64,000 bases of DNA. Source: Elsinoe ampelina (taxonomy: Eukaryota). Position numbers and translations under genes: made by a program. The stretch is from positions 535,433 through 599,432 of the forward strand of contig ML992505.1 of NCBI GenBank assembly GCA_010093995.1. Reading direction: 5' to 3'. The notes under the pieces were generated by a model. The model did no database searches and had not been told where the DNA came from. It was given only the letters and a program-made list of their open reading frames with translations. Of the stretch, positions 13,385 through 24,567 are shown in pieces (position 1 is the stretch's first letter; the number at the start of each line of letters is the position of its first letter).

Positions 13385-14129
13385 ATGCCTCGCAAAATCG
13401 TCTACGCCGTCTCCTTCCTCACCTTCCTCCTCGGTACCTCTCCCCTTTCCCTCCTCTCCCCTCCTTCCCCCTCCTTCCCCCTCCTTCCCCCTCCCTCCCC
13501 CCTTCTGCTCCCTACTAACTACCCCCTCCAGGCGTCGCCTTAACCCTAACCTCCATGTCCCTCCCCCAATGGATCTCCTACACCTCCCCCTCGTCCTCCC
13601 CACCCTCCTCTCCACCAGTGCGCGTCACCTACGGCCTGCACAGCAAATGCAGCTCTCTCACGGGTACATGCGAGCCGTTCCCGCAGACGGAAGACTGCAA
13701 GGGGGACGAAAGAGCGTTTTGTAGTCTGTGGAGGACGGTGGGGTTTTTGATGAATTTTTCTGTCGTGTTGGAGTTGGCGTGTGCGGTTGGGTTTGCGGTG
13801 ATTATGCTGGGGGGCAGGGGGAAGAGGGAGCAGGGGTGGAAGATGGTGGGGGGGTTGATGGGGGTGGTCGCCGCGATGGAGGCGGTGGGGATGGGTGTTG
13901 TGGTGAGTTGTACTTTCCCTTACATCTGGATGTAGTAAGGGAGGGCGGAGCTGACTAGGGATAGGCTTTCTTGAACGATCATGATGTGAGGTTCCAGATT
14001 GGGTGGAGCTTAGATACGAGCACGATATTGTGCACGCTGAGTTGGATTGTGCTGGGTTCGACATCGGTTGGCCTTGCGGTGGCGGCGTATTACCTTCCGC
14101 CGGAGGATGATTATGAGCAGATTGACTAG
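13385..14129 (+). CDS. Four-TM SUR7/PalI/claudin-like membrane protein (3 exons)
   Basis: MPRKIVYAVSFLTFLL | intron near 13434-13531 | ...WISY...YGLHSKCSSLTGTCEPFP...FCSLWRTVGFLM | intron near 13903-13964 | ...GWSLDTSTILCTLSW...LPPEDDYEQID*. The W-GL-C-C first loop is typical of the claudin superfamily. Confidence 0.75.
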
Positions 14130-14360
14130 GCGAGCGATGTAATGGGAGGGCGGGATATTTGTCGGTGTTGATATATATAGCGATAGCGGCATGTGTTGTC
14201 ACGTGGAGAGGAGCTATGACCCAGGGTATACCCGGCGACTTGGGTCAAACGCGGCTACAAACGAGGCAACAACGGATGAGTAGAAATTTCTGTACCTCAT
14301 TCTGTGAAGAATCTTTCTTCTCATCACACACACATTCTACCAGACTTTCAATCACAGACC

Positions 14361-15649
14361 ATGAAGCCAATCTATCCAGCAATTCGTTTTGATACGGCGC
14401 TTGATAGCGTATTTGCCGTCTTGCCTGATGGTATTTATGGTAGTACCCATGAGGCCAAACACTACCAGCGCCATGTGTACAACACCGTATATTCGAAGCT
14501 ATATGGCCTCGTCTCGATTGAGCGTACCCTTTCGGCAGCCAACAACCCCATGCCATTCAAGGCTGTGGTCATAGGTACTCCCTTTCCTGACCGCTCAGAT
14601 ACCACCAGAAAGCATCATCTAACCACCCTAATTAGCCCCAACCCGCGATGCGATCACCGGATTCTTGCTACCCTCATCGTCTTCCCTCAGTCCCCCAGAC
14701 ACAAGCTCCTATGCCAAGCTTTATCGCTGGTACCAGGCAAACCGCAACAAAACTGCTTTTGTCCCCTACAAGACGCTGTACGCAGATGCGACCCCCGGAG
14801 CTCCAAAACGCGACCCGCCAGAGAATCCAAGTGTGCATCCACTACCAGACGACAACGACCTAAGCACCGTCCAGGAAATCAACATCATGATGCAGACCTG
14901 CATGCGTGGCTTGGCTTCTTTCATACCCCTCGGTCCACCTGGTAGGGTTATCGAGATAGAGAAGAGACTCGCCAACCTGAGGGGCACGTTGTCCAAAAAG
15001 ACATTCCTACCAGGCCGTCCAGCAGCCGTCTCTCCAAAGGAGCTCCGTGCTTGGATCGGCCAGGACACGATCGACTTAGCCGACACCAAAAATCTCGTCC
15101 CCGTCTGGCCCATGATCGAGCGCATCTGGACCGCCATGGACCTCATGGAGAAGGCACCAGGCGGGAGTGGCGTCGCATTCGAGCTTAACCCCATGTCGCC
15201 TCCTCTGCAGCTTCTACATCATGCTCAAGGATGCCGGCGCCAGGACCAAGCGTGGGAAGAAATCAGTCTCGGACACGGCCCTGAGGATCGCCCATCAGGG
15301 TGGTCTGATCTGTATGCCCGGCGAGAGTCCGTACAGGGAGGAGAAGGTCTGGCATTTCCTGGTCGTGCAACCCGATGGGATCGATGGTGATATCTGGGTC
15401 ATGAGTAGAGCTAAGGTCGATACTGACTGGGCTTCTGAGCTGAATGTGGGCATGACTGAGCAGATGAGGGCGGCTTTCGAGATCTGCAAGGGGCCGGATG
15501 CGGTCAGGGAGATGGTGGATTATATCAAGGCCAATGCGGAGAGTGCTCAGAGGGTTGCTGAGGAGGCGGTGTGGGCTTTGGTCGAAAAGGGGAAGAAGGA
15601 GGAGATTGAGCTGAAGGGGTTGTTGTGTCAGCATACGTTGCCTGTCTGA
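14361..15649 (+). CDS. Hypothetical protein (3 predicted exons)
   Basis: ATG at 14361; intron near 14575-14635 joins in frame to ORF 14665-15390. A probable short intron ending CTTAAC..CTGCAG at 15210 moves reading to ORF 15167-15649. No family recognised. Confidence 0.55.
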
Positions 15650-15872
15650 TCGAGGGTGATGGTTGGTGCCACGGCCAAACAGTCTTGGTCGAGCTTTTCC
15701 AAAGCAGAGATCGATGGCGGGAATGCGCGCACGGATGGTTCTGCAAAGCGTAGACTCATGCTCAACAGCCAGATAGTCCAAGAGTCACGATCAATTGCAC
15801 GAGAGTGACGGAGAAACCGAACATGAAGTGATCTCCTAAGTGTCTCTGTTCTACGCCCGTCCACGCCTTCCC

Positions 15873-16907
15873 CTACACCCTCGCCGTCGCCACCAATGCC
15901 ATCCCCGGCATCTCTCCCCCAGGGAACCTCTCCCTCACCCTCTCCACCATCTTCCTCTTCAACCCCTCCACCTCTCCTCCATCCAACCCCTCAATCATCC
16001 CCTTGATATAAGGCAAGTTCCGCCACAACATGCCCACCACGCCCTCGGGGCTGTCAAACCCCATCTTCATCTCCTCCTCATGCACCTCCACTTCCTTGAA
16101 CCCCTGGCCTTCAAGGTAAGACTTCATCAACCGCTTATCCCGCCAGTGAGGCGGCATGACCGGCAATCGGCGCGAAGGGTAAATCTCCTCGATCAGCCCG
16201 ACGACGTCGGAGTTCCATGTGGCAGACGCGACGGTAGTCATGCCGAAGACGGAGGCCGGGGAGGTGGCAGGGGAGGGGGAGGAGGAGGAGGAAGGAGGAG
16301 GGGATTTGCGCATCACGCGCCTGACTTCAGCCAGGGCGAGCGCCGAGTCCGGGATCAGGAAGATGCCCATCTGGCTGAGGACGTGGGATTGGCTCCCGTC
16401 CGGGACGGTGGGGAGGGATGTTGCGTCGGCTTCAAAGGCGTGTACGCGGGCCCAGGTGGTGGCGGTGTCGGCGGAGGGTTGGGACTGGCGGGCGTGGATT
16501 TGCGCGACCATGCCTGGGGAGATGTCGGTGGCGAGCAGGGAGGCGGTGGGGGCCAGGGGGATGGGGGAGGTGAAGAGGGTGGAGAAGACGGTGCCGGGTC
16601 CGCAGGCGATGTCGAGGATGGAGGTGGCGGTGGAGAAGGGGAGGAGGGTGTTGGTGTGGGAGAGGAGGGCGTGGGAGATGGCCATGGGGGAGGAGCGGGT
16701 GGGTGGGGAGATGGATTGCGGGCTGTAGGAGTGGGACCTCCAAAGGTCGCGAGAGACTGTGGAGGGGGTTAGGGCGGGAGGGGGGAGGGGGAGGGAAGGG
16801 GACGAACTGGTGTCTTGAAGGCTTTTGGGGGCTGCCATGGTAGGAGGTTCGAGAGGTGTGATTGATTTGGTCAGATGCTGGAGGAGTTGCTTGAGTCTTG
16901 TTGTCAT
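15873..16907 (-). CDS. Class I SAM-dependent methyltransferase
   Basis: ILDIACGPG motif I, ATDISPGMV motif II, EADATSLP, LALAEVRRVM. Start may be 16907 or 16838. Confidence 0.88.
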   Translation of the reverse strand: MTTRLKQLLQHLTKSITPLEPPTMAAPKSLQDTSSSPSLPLPPPALTPSTVSRDLWRSHSYSPQSISPPTRSSPMAISHALLSHTNTLLPFSTATSILDIACGPGTVFSTLFTSPIPLAPTASLLATDISPGMVAQIHARQSQPSADTATTWARVHAFEADATSLPTVPDGSQSHVLSQMGIFLIPDSALALAEVRRVMRKSPPPSSSSSPSPATSPASVFGMTTVASATWNSDVVGLIEEIYPSRRLPVMPPHWRDKRLMKSYLEGQGFKEVEVHEEEMKMGFDSPEGVVGMLWRNLPYIKGMIEGLDGGEVEGLKRKMVERVRERFPGGEMPGMALVATARV

Positions 16908-17766
16908 GTAGATGTGATGTTGTGATCATGGAAGAGGGAAGGGAGAAGCATATATACTACTACCAGGGGACAATTTTGCAACTGAAGGAAAGTATCCGTC
17001 GATACACAGTCATACCTTGATACCTACCGCAACGTTTCCATGTCATGCCTCGACTTTGCGAAAGGGTAAGAGCAAGTTGGTAGTGAGGCGTTGAAGTGCG
17101 GCCCAAAAGTGTCCGAGACGTTGCGGTAAAAGTGTCCGAGTTGGTGGCGTTCAGCTTGTCTCCGACCGGCGACTTCTCAGTGATTCATGAACAATGTTCA
17201 GGATGTAAAGTCTCCCATCATAAGCTATGGGCTGCCGGAACTCCCACATGGCGACCAAATAATGTGAAGGACTTTAGAAAGCACATGTGTCTCACCGATA
17301 GACACACATGACGTCGCGGAGACTTAGCATGATACCCTACGGAGGCGCTCCGCGCACGAGGTCAACGGACGATGCAGAATCTTCTATATTCATGACAACT
17401 TCACTCATCGTGATTTTCCAATGAGACACCCTCACACCTACGGGCACACACATTTCAAGGTATCACTGGCGGCGCTGCACATTACACCTCGGAGGACACC
17501 AAAGAAGGTCGCTTGAGGGGAAAGGGAAAAGGAAGGTAGGTATGCAGGTAGGCGTCCACGATCGACACGAATACGGCCGAGCATGTGATCAGCAAAGGTG
17601 TACGAAGAGCCAAAGCCAAGAAGAATACTATTGTCACAAGAAGAAAGATATCCACACCATCCATCTACCCTACGCCAAACCCTCCTACCGTCTACATTCC
17701 CCACTCCCCTCTCCCCTCGTCTTTCTCCCTCACGTCCTCAGAAAGGCATATCTCAGCCCATCTAAC

Positions 17767-18561
17767 CTATGCGCTGTTCAACAGAATCTTAATCCAAGCA
17801 AGGAGATCCTCAAGCGTGACACCCTCAGGGATAGGCTTGGTGCTGCCACCAGACCCAGTACCAGTAGGAGTCGCGGCCGGGGCCGACGAGACGACAGCAG
17901 AAGTAGTCGGCTCAGCGACCTTGGTGATCGTCACGAACGTCGAGCTGGACGGTGCAGGAGCGGCCGAGCTAGGCGCAGGAGCGGACCCACCGCTGCCTCC
18001 ACCGACGGTGAAATCGATGCACGACTCGTACGTCTGGTCGATGTTCCTTGCGTCCCAGAAGTGCTGGAGCACGCAGGCGCCGGCGGTGCTGCACTTTGAC
18101 CCCAGGTCGGAGGGGATAGTGACGGAGAAGCTCTTCTGGTCGTCAGGGATGGTGTGGGAGTTGGAAGCGAAGTCGGTCCAGCTCTTCAGGGGAGAGCCGA
18201 TGATGGTGTTGGTGGCGGTGTCGACGATGGAGAAGTTGGCGACGCCGGTGTGAGGGGCCGCGACGTTGAAGACGATGGGAACGACTTGGCCCGCGGTGTA
18301 GGTCTGGACGTTGGCCGTGTTGTCCTCGTACTTCCAGCCTTTGCAGAGCCAGAGGTTGCAGGTCGCGGCGTTGTAGTCGGATTGTTGGCGGGCGACTTGG
18401 AGCACGCCTTGGATGTTGCCGTTCTTGTCTTGGTAGTTGGCTTGGGCGCCGCAGGAAGCGCGGTGGGCGGCGCCGGGCTGGCGGGGGGCGGGGGAGACGA
18501 GGAGGCCGTGGGCGGAGACGCTGGCGATGAAGCCGGAGACGGCGAGGATGGTGGACTTCAT
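17767..18561 (-). CDS. Secreted AA16-family lytic polysaccharide monooxygenase-like copper protein
   Basis: The signal peptide is followed directly by His (VSA|HG). Motifs GNIQG, CNLWLCKG, DNTANVQTY, APHTGVANFSIVDT, CVLQHFW, DQTYESCIDF, then a S/T/P/A-rich linker tail. Confidence 0.88.
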   Translation of the reverse strand: MKSTILAVSGFIASVSAHGLLVSPAPRQPGAAHRASCGAQANYQDKNGNIQGVLQVARQQSDYNAATCNLWLCKGWKYEDNTANVQTYTAGQVVPIVFNVAAPHTGVANFSIVDTATNTIIGSPLKSWTDFASNSHTIPDDQKSFSVTIPSDLGSKCSTAGACVLQHFWDARNIDQTYESCIDFTVGGGSGGSAPAPSSAAPAPSSSTFVTITKVAEPTTSAVVSSAPAATPTGTGSGGSTKPIPEGVTLEDLLAWIKILLNSA

Positions 18562-19613
18562 TGTGAATTGGTTGGTGGGGTTGGGCTGGGTTGGTTGGAT
18601 GAATGGATTGAAGCTCTAGGCTTGGAACAAGAAGGGTAACGACCGGCGTTGATCAGAAGGATAGGTAAAGAACGTGGTATTCAACGAATGAATGTACGGA
18701 CAGGGCAGGACAGTGTGAGAGAAGGGAAAGGCGGCTGACCAGGAGGTGTTATATGAGAATGCCAATCTCCTACATGACTTTTCACATCAGTGGCACAGGG
18801 CAAATTGCTAACCAGATACAGTGGAGCAGCGCTTGTGGCACGCTTCAGGCGTTCGAGATTGGTTTCCTGTGCTATGCAGGCGGTGGGAGCAACATGCATG
18901 CGAGGCAGGTTGGTGATGTTCGAAATGAAAGGAGGACTGAAAACGGTCGCTTGTGGCGTCAATCTGAGACGCGAGACAAGATCGCTTGGCGCTTGAAACA
19001 CGTCAAGATGGAGCCAAATGGACCCAGAATGGAGCCTCGAGGCCCCTGTCAGTGATTTCCCACCACTCAGAGAATTCTCGTAATCTGCTGCCGCCCGACC
19101 TGTAGTGTTTCCGACTGTGCATTGCTGGGCCAAGCTTTGTGGTAAGCAAATGATCCTATCAATCATGAAGGCTTGACCTGTTCTTGTAAGCAAAAATTCC
19201 AGATGATTTTTTGTTCTTTAGGTGGAACCCTTCTGTGGGATTCGCCTGTCATTCTGTTCTTAGCTCTGCGGCTGGTACGGCCCCGTTCGGCAGCCCACCG
19301 GACATCAAAGAGCAATTACCGGCTATGCCTTGGCTAATGTTCGGCATCCTCATTCATCTTCTTCGAGTCGGATACAAGAACCGTGCAGTGTGCCATGACA
19401 CAATCGATCGCTCTCGGCCTTTCAAGGCTCGAGTAGGTGACAAGGACGATTGTATCCTCCATCAGTGAAGAGCTGATCACGACTTCCAGCAGCATAAATT
19501 ATACTGTCTTCGTTCATATCATCTATAGGAGCCATCAAGCTATGCATTCTCTTCCAAAGTAGCGAGTAGTCCACTCGGCTTCTCATGTCGTGCACACATC
19601 ACTCTCATCGACC

Positions 19614-22373
19614 TCAATCCCTCTGTGCCAGGTTCACAATCAAGCTACTTGCAACGTCCATGAACGGGAAAGGCGAGCTGATGTCCTTCTCTCCCACAAC
19701 CCTGCCTGCGCCTTCATAGCCCTCGTCAAAGTCCTCTGCCTCGTCTTTTGTCTTCTCGACTTGCTCGTCACCCGGGTCAGCACCGTCCTTATTGAGTGGG
19801 TCAGGGGGGCTGTCTCCCATGCCGCTCCTGACGCGGCGAGCGATCTTGCGTACTAGCCTCTCGTAGCCAGCGCACTTGAAGTCGACCATGTAGCTATCTT
19901 TCTCGATGCAATAGAGCTGGATGGTGACATAGACCCAGCAGCTGTCGTCGCCGCGGTTTGTGTGGCGGAGTAGAGCAGAAGGTGCAAGCCCCGAAGCGGC
20001 GATGTTCTCGGCGGATCCGTGGGCGGAAGAGGTTTGAGAAATCAGGGGTGGAGTGCTTGTGGCAGGAACACTGGTACCAGAGCCAGTAGTCGACGAGCGG
20101 CGGCGGACATCCTGTTCGTTGAGGTCTGCGCGTGACGAATGCGTAGAGGATGGATGAGCTACGCCTGGTGGATACATGCCATCTTTACGGAAGCGTGCAT
20201 TGATGATCCATGGATCTTCTGGGAGCTTGTATCCCCAGTCATTCCAAGGACCATAGCGATCTCGGCCACGATGGCGGCGGCGATGACGGTTGCTAGTGGA
20301 ACGGTCAAGAGAATCGTCGGAACTTCCAGTGCCGTGGTGAAATGATGACTTCTCACGGCGAGCACGGCGACGGTCGCGTTCTTCTTTGGTGGCGTATTCT
20401 GGATCGGTACCAGCGTCTGGGTCGCTGTCAGAGTATTCGGGTGACTGCGATCCCTCGTGCTGGCGTGGTCTCTGCTCTTGACGAGAAGGTGAAGATGTCC
20501 CGCCAGGACGACGAACGCGTGGTGCTTCCCACACTGCTCCCATGGACTTGAGAGCACGGTAGATTGCTAGCATTGCTTCGCTGGGAGAGTTGCGGGATCT
20601 TATTCCGAACTGCCACTTAGTGGTACGTTTCTTGGTTGAAGAAGTGCTGCCGCTCTTGTCGCTAGCTCCGCTGATGGGTGTCATGGCTTCTGGTTTCTCA
20701 AGTTTTTGGAGATTGATCTGACTGCCTTTCGCATGCGGGTTGAGCTGACGCTTGGCCAAGGTCTTGGGATCCTCTGCACTCATCTCTGCCGAGTGTTCGT
20801 GGGAGACCTTGGACTGTCCCTTCATATACATGACGTGGAAGCTCGGCAGCGAGGAGGGTAGGATTCCAATCGTGGAGACTGGTGAACGAGCTTCACCAAT
20901 GTTGCTTGATGCGGTCGATCCATGGCGGGGATGGTCAAAGTTCGACGACTGAGTAATCGCAGGGGACTGTGTCGACTGACGAAGAGGAGTCGAACCGATT
21001 GAAGCTCCTCTGATGCTACCGTAAGCTGGTGGAGACTGGGCCAGGAAGGTGGTTAGGTCTTTATTGTCTTTCATAGCAGCTATAGTAGTGTTAGCATTGG
21101 CAGCATGATGTTGAAAGGGAACACGCTTACGATCGTTCTTCATGATAGTGTTCTCCCGAACGATGAGATAAGCATCCTTGACAGCGCTCGGTTCATCCTT
21201 GGAAAGAGCCTCTTGCACATCATTTTCACCATATCCCATGGTCTTGCCAAGTTTGCCAACAACGACATCATGGAGTTTTTCCTGAACCATGATCGGTACT
21301 CCAGGGTTGAACTTGAGCGGGTCGATGGACTTGTTAGGATCCACTCCAGTCTCAACAAACTCTTCGACGGGCGGTTTGAGATACTCAGGAAGGTCTTTCG
21401 TGAACCAAGGATCTTGCCTGATCTCCTGAACAGTGATGCGCAGGACAGGATTGACCTGCAACATGCGCTTGATGAGTCGAGCGGCTTCCTTGGAGATGTA
21501 TCCCGGTACATTGTAGGTTCCTTGTTGGATTTTCTTGAATAGCGCAGGGATGTATTCGTCGTCGAATGGTAGTCTGCCTGTGAGCAAGACGTAGAGGATG
21601 ACACCGCAACTCCACACATCAACTTCCGGTCCAGCATACAGCTTCCCGCTAATGACTTCCGGCGCCGCGTAGTTTGGACTACCACAGCTGGTCTTGAGAA
21701 AGTTGCCGTCCGTCATAATATTGCTGAGACCGAAATCGGCAATCTTCACATTGTGTTGATCGTCTAGCAGCAAGTTCTCCGGTTTCAGATCTCGATGGAC
21801 GATCTTATGTCGATGACAATACTCGACCGCGCAGACGATTTGCTGGAAGAATTTCCGAGCTCGATCTTCGGGCAATCTGCCGTGTGTGACAATATAGTCG
21901 AACAGTTCTCCTCCAGCATACTCGAGAACCATGACGATTTCTTTGGGAGTGGTCACAACAGTGTAGAGCTTGATGATGTGTGGATGACGCAGCAACTGGA
22001 GATACTGAATCTCTCGCTCAATGCGACCAGCCATGTCTCGAGTGAGCATCTTGGACCTGGTAATGACCTTGAGTGCCACCTTTTGACCCGTCATCTTGTG
22101 CGTGGCAAGCTTGACTTTACCAAATGAGCCTTCACCAAGTGTCCGATGTACGATATATTGGTTCAATCTCTGATCTCTTGCAGCGGATGAACTGGATTTG
22201 CCTGATCTGCCGGTACCAGTCGCGGATGCAGTCGAACGCGGCGGCCTATGCTGCTTCGAGGCCGGGGCCGAAGGAGGCGGCATATCATCTCTGCGGTCAT
22301 CTTTCGAGCTGCGACGTGGGTTTGAAGGGGTGATTGACAAGGACAGATCCTCGTCGTCAAAAGCCGAGGCCAT
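19614..22373 (-). CDS. SNF1: SNF1 / AMPK catalytic subunit protein kinase
   Basis: LGEGSFGKVKLA, HRDLKPENLLLD, DFGLSNIMTDGNFLKTSCGSPNYAAPE, UBA region, KWQFGIRSRN, SPFPFMDVA. 51-nt intron at 21080-21130. Confidence 0.97.
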   Translation of the reverse strand: MASAFDDEDLSLSITPSNPRRSSKDDRRDDMPPPSAPASKQHRPPRSTASATGTGRSGKSSSSAARDQRLNQYIVHRTLGEGSFGKVKLATHKMTGQKVALKVITRSKMLTRDMAGRIEREIQYLQLLRHPHIIKLYTVVTTPKEIVMVLEYAGGELFDYIVTHGRLPEDRARKFFQQIVCAVEYCHRHKIVHRDLKPENLLLDDQHNVKIADFGLSNIMTDGNFLKTSCGSPNYAAPEVISGKLYAGPEVDVWSCGVILYVLLTGRLPFDDEYIPALFKKIQQGTYNVPGYISKEAARLIKRMLQVNPVLRITVQEIRQDPWFTKDLPEYLKPPVEEFVETGVDPNKSIDPLKFNPGVPIMVQEKLHDVVVGKLGKTMGYGENDVQEALSKDEPSAVKDAYLIVRENTIMKNDRKRVPFQHHAANANTTIAAMKDNKDLTTFLAQSPPAYGSIRGASIGSTPLRQSTQSPAITQSSNFDHPRHGSTASSNIGEARSPVSTIGILPSSLPSFHVMYMKGQSKVSHEHSAEMSAEDPKTLAKRQLNPHAKGSQINLQKLEKPEAMTPISGASDKSGSTSSTKKRTTKWQFGIRSRNSPSEAMLAIYRALKSMGAVWEAPRVRRPGGTSSPSRQEQRPRQHEGSQSPEYSDSDPDAGTDPEYATKEERDRRRARREKSSFHHGTGSSDDSLDRSTSNRHRRRHRGRDRYGPWNDWGYKLPEDPWIINARFRKDGMYPPGVAHPSSTHSSRADLNEQDVRRRSSTTGSGTSVPATSTPPLISQTSSAHGSAENIAASGLAPSALLRHTNRGDDSCWVYVTIQLYCIEKDSYMVDFKCAGYERLVRKIARRVRSGMGDSPPDPLNKDGADPGDEQVEKTKDEAEDFDEGYEGAGRVVGEKDISSPFPFMDVASSLIVNLAQRD

Positions 22374-23419
22374 CCTGGGGGATTCGTCTGCTTTGCTCGT
22401 TCCGATGTTGAGAGTGACCGGCTATAGCAATGTGCACGCCCGACGAAATGACGGACACTTTCTCTTGTTGTTGTGTTCGCCAGCCATCCAGGCGCCGACT
22501 ACCGGCTCATACAGTGCAGACAATAGGCTTCCGGTGGTGATGTGAGGTTGATGTGAAGTTTGTCCGAGGTCGACGTGTGTCAGGAATGTGCTTGATTTGT
22601 ACTGCGGGTCTTATTGTAACTATTCGATAGCTTTGGTTCGTCCAATATCGTGTGGGGTCGGCTTCCTCCGAGCAGATTGAAGGTGATGTCAATGGTCAGG
22701 CGGAGTGGATTGTCAGTCGAGTCGCGTGGTGGTATTAGTCATTCGTGGGCAATATCCCTCCCTGAACCTAGAGAAGTTGCGCTATCGCGGTCCGAAGTCT
22801 ACTTGTCGTGGTACGAGGTGAGAGGAGAGACGAGGGGCGCGGGGATGGTAAAGGTGTCGTCGCAGGGAGATCCACAGTTCTCGTCGAGATTGGTGTGGTG
22901 GGGGACGACCGTGCTCCAATTCGAGGTCTTGGCAGTGATGGATCCGCATCGAGGTCAAGGCCGGCACTTTGCTTCTTCCCAGAATTTCTCCATTTTGAAC
23001 ACGATAAGTTTTTCATTCTCGCCTGGGAATCGCGATCCAAGCATATGCTAGTTTGTGTTTCTAATCCTAAAGAGCCACGTATGCTTGTCCCACCATGCTC
23101 TGACCTTTGCGAGAATTGATTTGACAGTATTCGCTGGAGCGAAGGATGAATGCAGATGCGGAGAGGCATTTGGCTACTTGCAGTGACAATCCTTCGGCAA
23201 TTTCCAATGCAAGGCAGATGAACCTCAGCCGCTCGTCATGCAGGTAGCCGAAGCTGGACTCGTCATGACGGGTCACAAAAGTGGCGAGACTCAGACTGGT
23301 GTTGCCCCTCTAGGGACGAGCTCGACGCCGTCGGAACAGCTACTTTGCTCAGCGTCGCTGGGTACACTATGCGGTGGCAGCTGCTGTCGATGTCTTGCTG
23401 CAAAGTGTGGAGGAAGGCA

Positions 23420-24233
23420 TCAATTACTCTCCAACTGCTTAAGATGTTCCACCAGTCGTTCTCGTAGATAATCACTGAGCTGTAGGCTAATCCGGTGTCA
23501 ACTTGTGTAATCAAAGGCCAGTAGTTTCAATACTCACATGCCCTCCCTGGTGACCATACGATACGTTCCACTTTCTTGGTATCGTCCATCGTCCACGAAT
23601 TGTCCTTTCCCATCGACCTCCAGGCTTCCAAAGATGTCTTCAGGCCACGCGACTCGACCAAAGTCTGGAGGATTCCGCTGGTCGCTAACATGGATCCACC
23701 CACCTCTGCCTGCGCCACCCATGCCTCCTTGCGAGCTTGCGCCTCCCGCTCCATCTCCACCGGCGCCTCCGCCACCTCCATACTGTCGCTTGATCCGCTT
23801 TGGACGCTGCTGCGATGGATGATTCGATGGAAAGAAGACACCTCCAGACCCTAACGATGCTCCGGCATTGGAGGCAAAAGTCTGTGCTTGTGCAATGACT
23901 GCCGGGTCTTTCGTGGCGTACTTCTTGATCACCGATTGCAAGATTTGCATGAAATTCGGGTTCTCAACGAGCGAATCGGGTGTCGGGGGTACGTCCTTTG
24001 TGCTGCCGATGACTAGTGAAGTAGTCGGCGGCGAAGTTGGAAGGAATGACAGAAGGTTCGACTTGTCAGGTTGTGGATGTACATACTGTCCGATCAGTTA
24101 GCAATTCCGATATCTCGCTTGCCTTCAACTGTTCTCTTACAATGTACGGATTGGTTGACAACGTCGCAACTGTACGACGTGCTGCTACATTGCTTAGCCC
24201 TCGCCAGCAGGGTATTTGGCGACCGAGAAGCAT
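23420..24233 (-). CDS. Conserved fungal protein, probable mitochondrial presequence (3 exons)
   Basis: Arg-rich N-terminus MLLGRQIPCWRGLSNVAARR; introns near 24087-24140 and 23490-23537. Core GGWIHVSDQRNPPDFGRVAWPEDIFGSLEVD...YQESGTYRMVTREG; ends LVEHLKQLESN*. Confidence 0.8.
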
Positions 24234-24567
24234 TAGTATGCTAGGTAAGATGGATCAAGGTAAGATCACTTAATGTACATTCGCAATTTCGGGGTGAAGA
24301 TCTAGCAAGTACGTGGATCTAACCAATGCTTGACGTCAACGCAGATGAAAATTAAGCGCGATTAGCGCTAGCGCAGATCCCCTTGAGAGCCGCTGCATAC
24401 ACCATCACTTCGCGTTTGTCTATATTTTACCATGACATTGCTCTTGGACTATAGATGAACACACGGACAGCGTAATTGGGCGGCCCGCAAACTCAATGCA
24501 TCAGACAAATCCACGTCCTGGCTGTGCAAGTAATAGACAAATCGCTCCTGCCTTCAACTGAGATTCC

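Noticed and set aside
13434..13552. (CCTTCCCCT)-like repeats and a TAACCCTAACC telomere-like word
   Set aside because: Polypyrimidine intron sequence and a chance match inside an exon; no telomeric array.
12716..13615. 299-aa minus-strand R/G-rich ORF
   Set aside because: Low-complexity product of the C-rich strand bias; overlaps real plus-strand genes.
15167..15210. Apparent frameshift or pseudogene in the 14361-15649 gene
   Set aside because: A branch site (CTTAAC) and CAG acceptor suggest a short intron explains the frame change.
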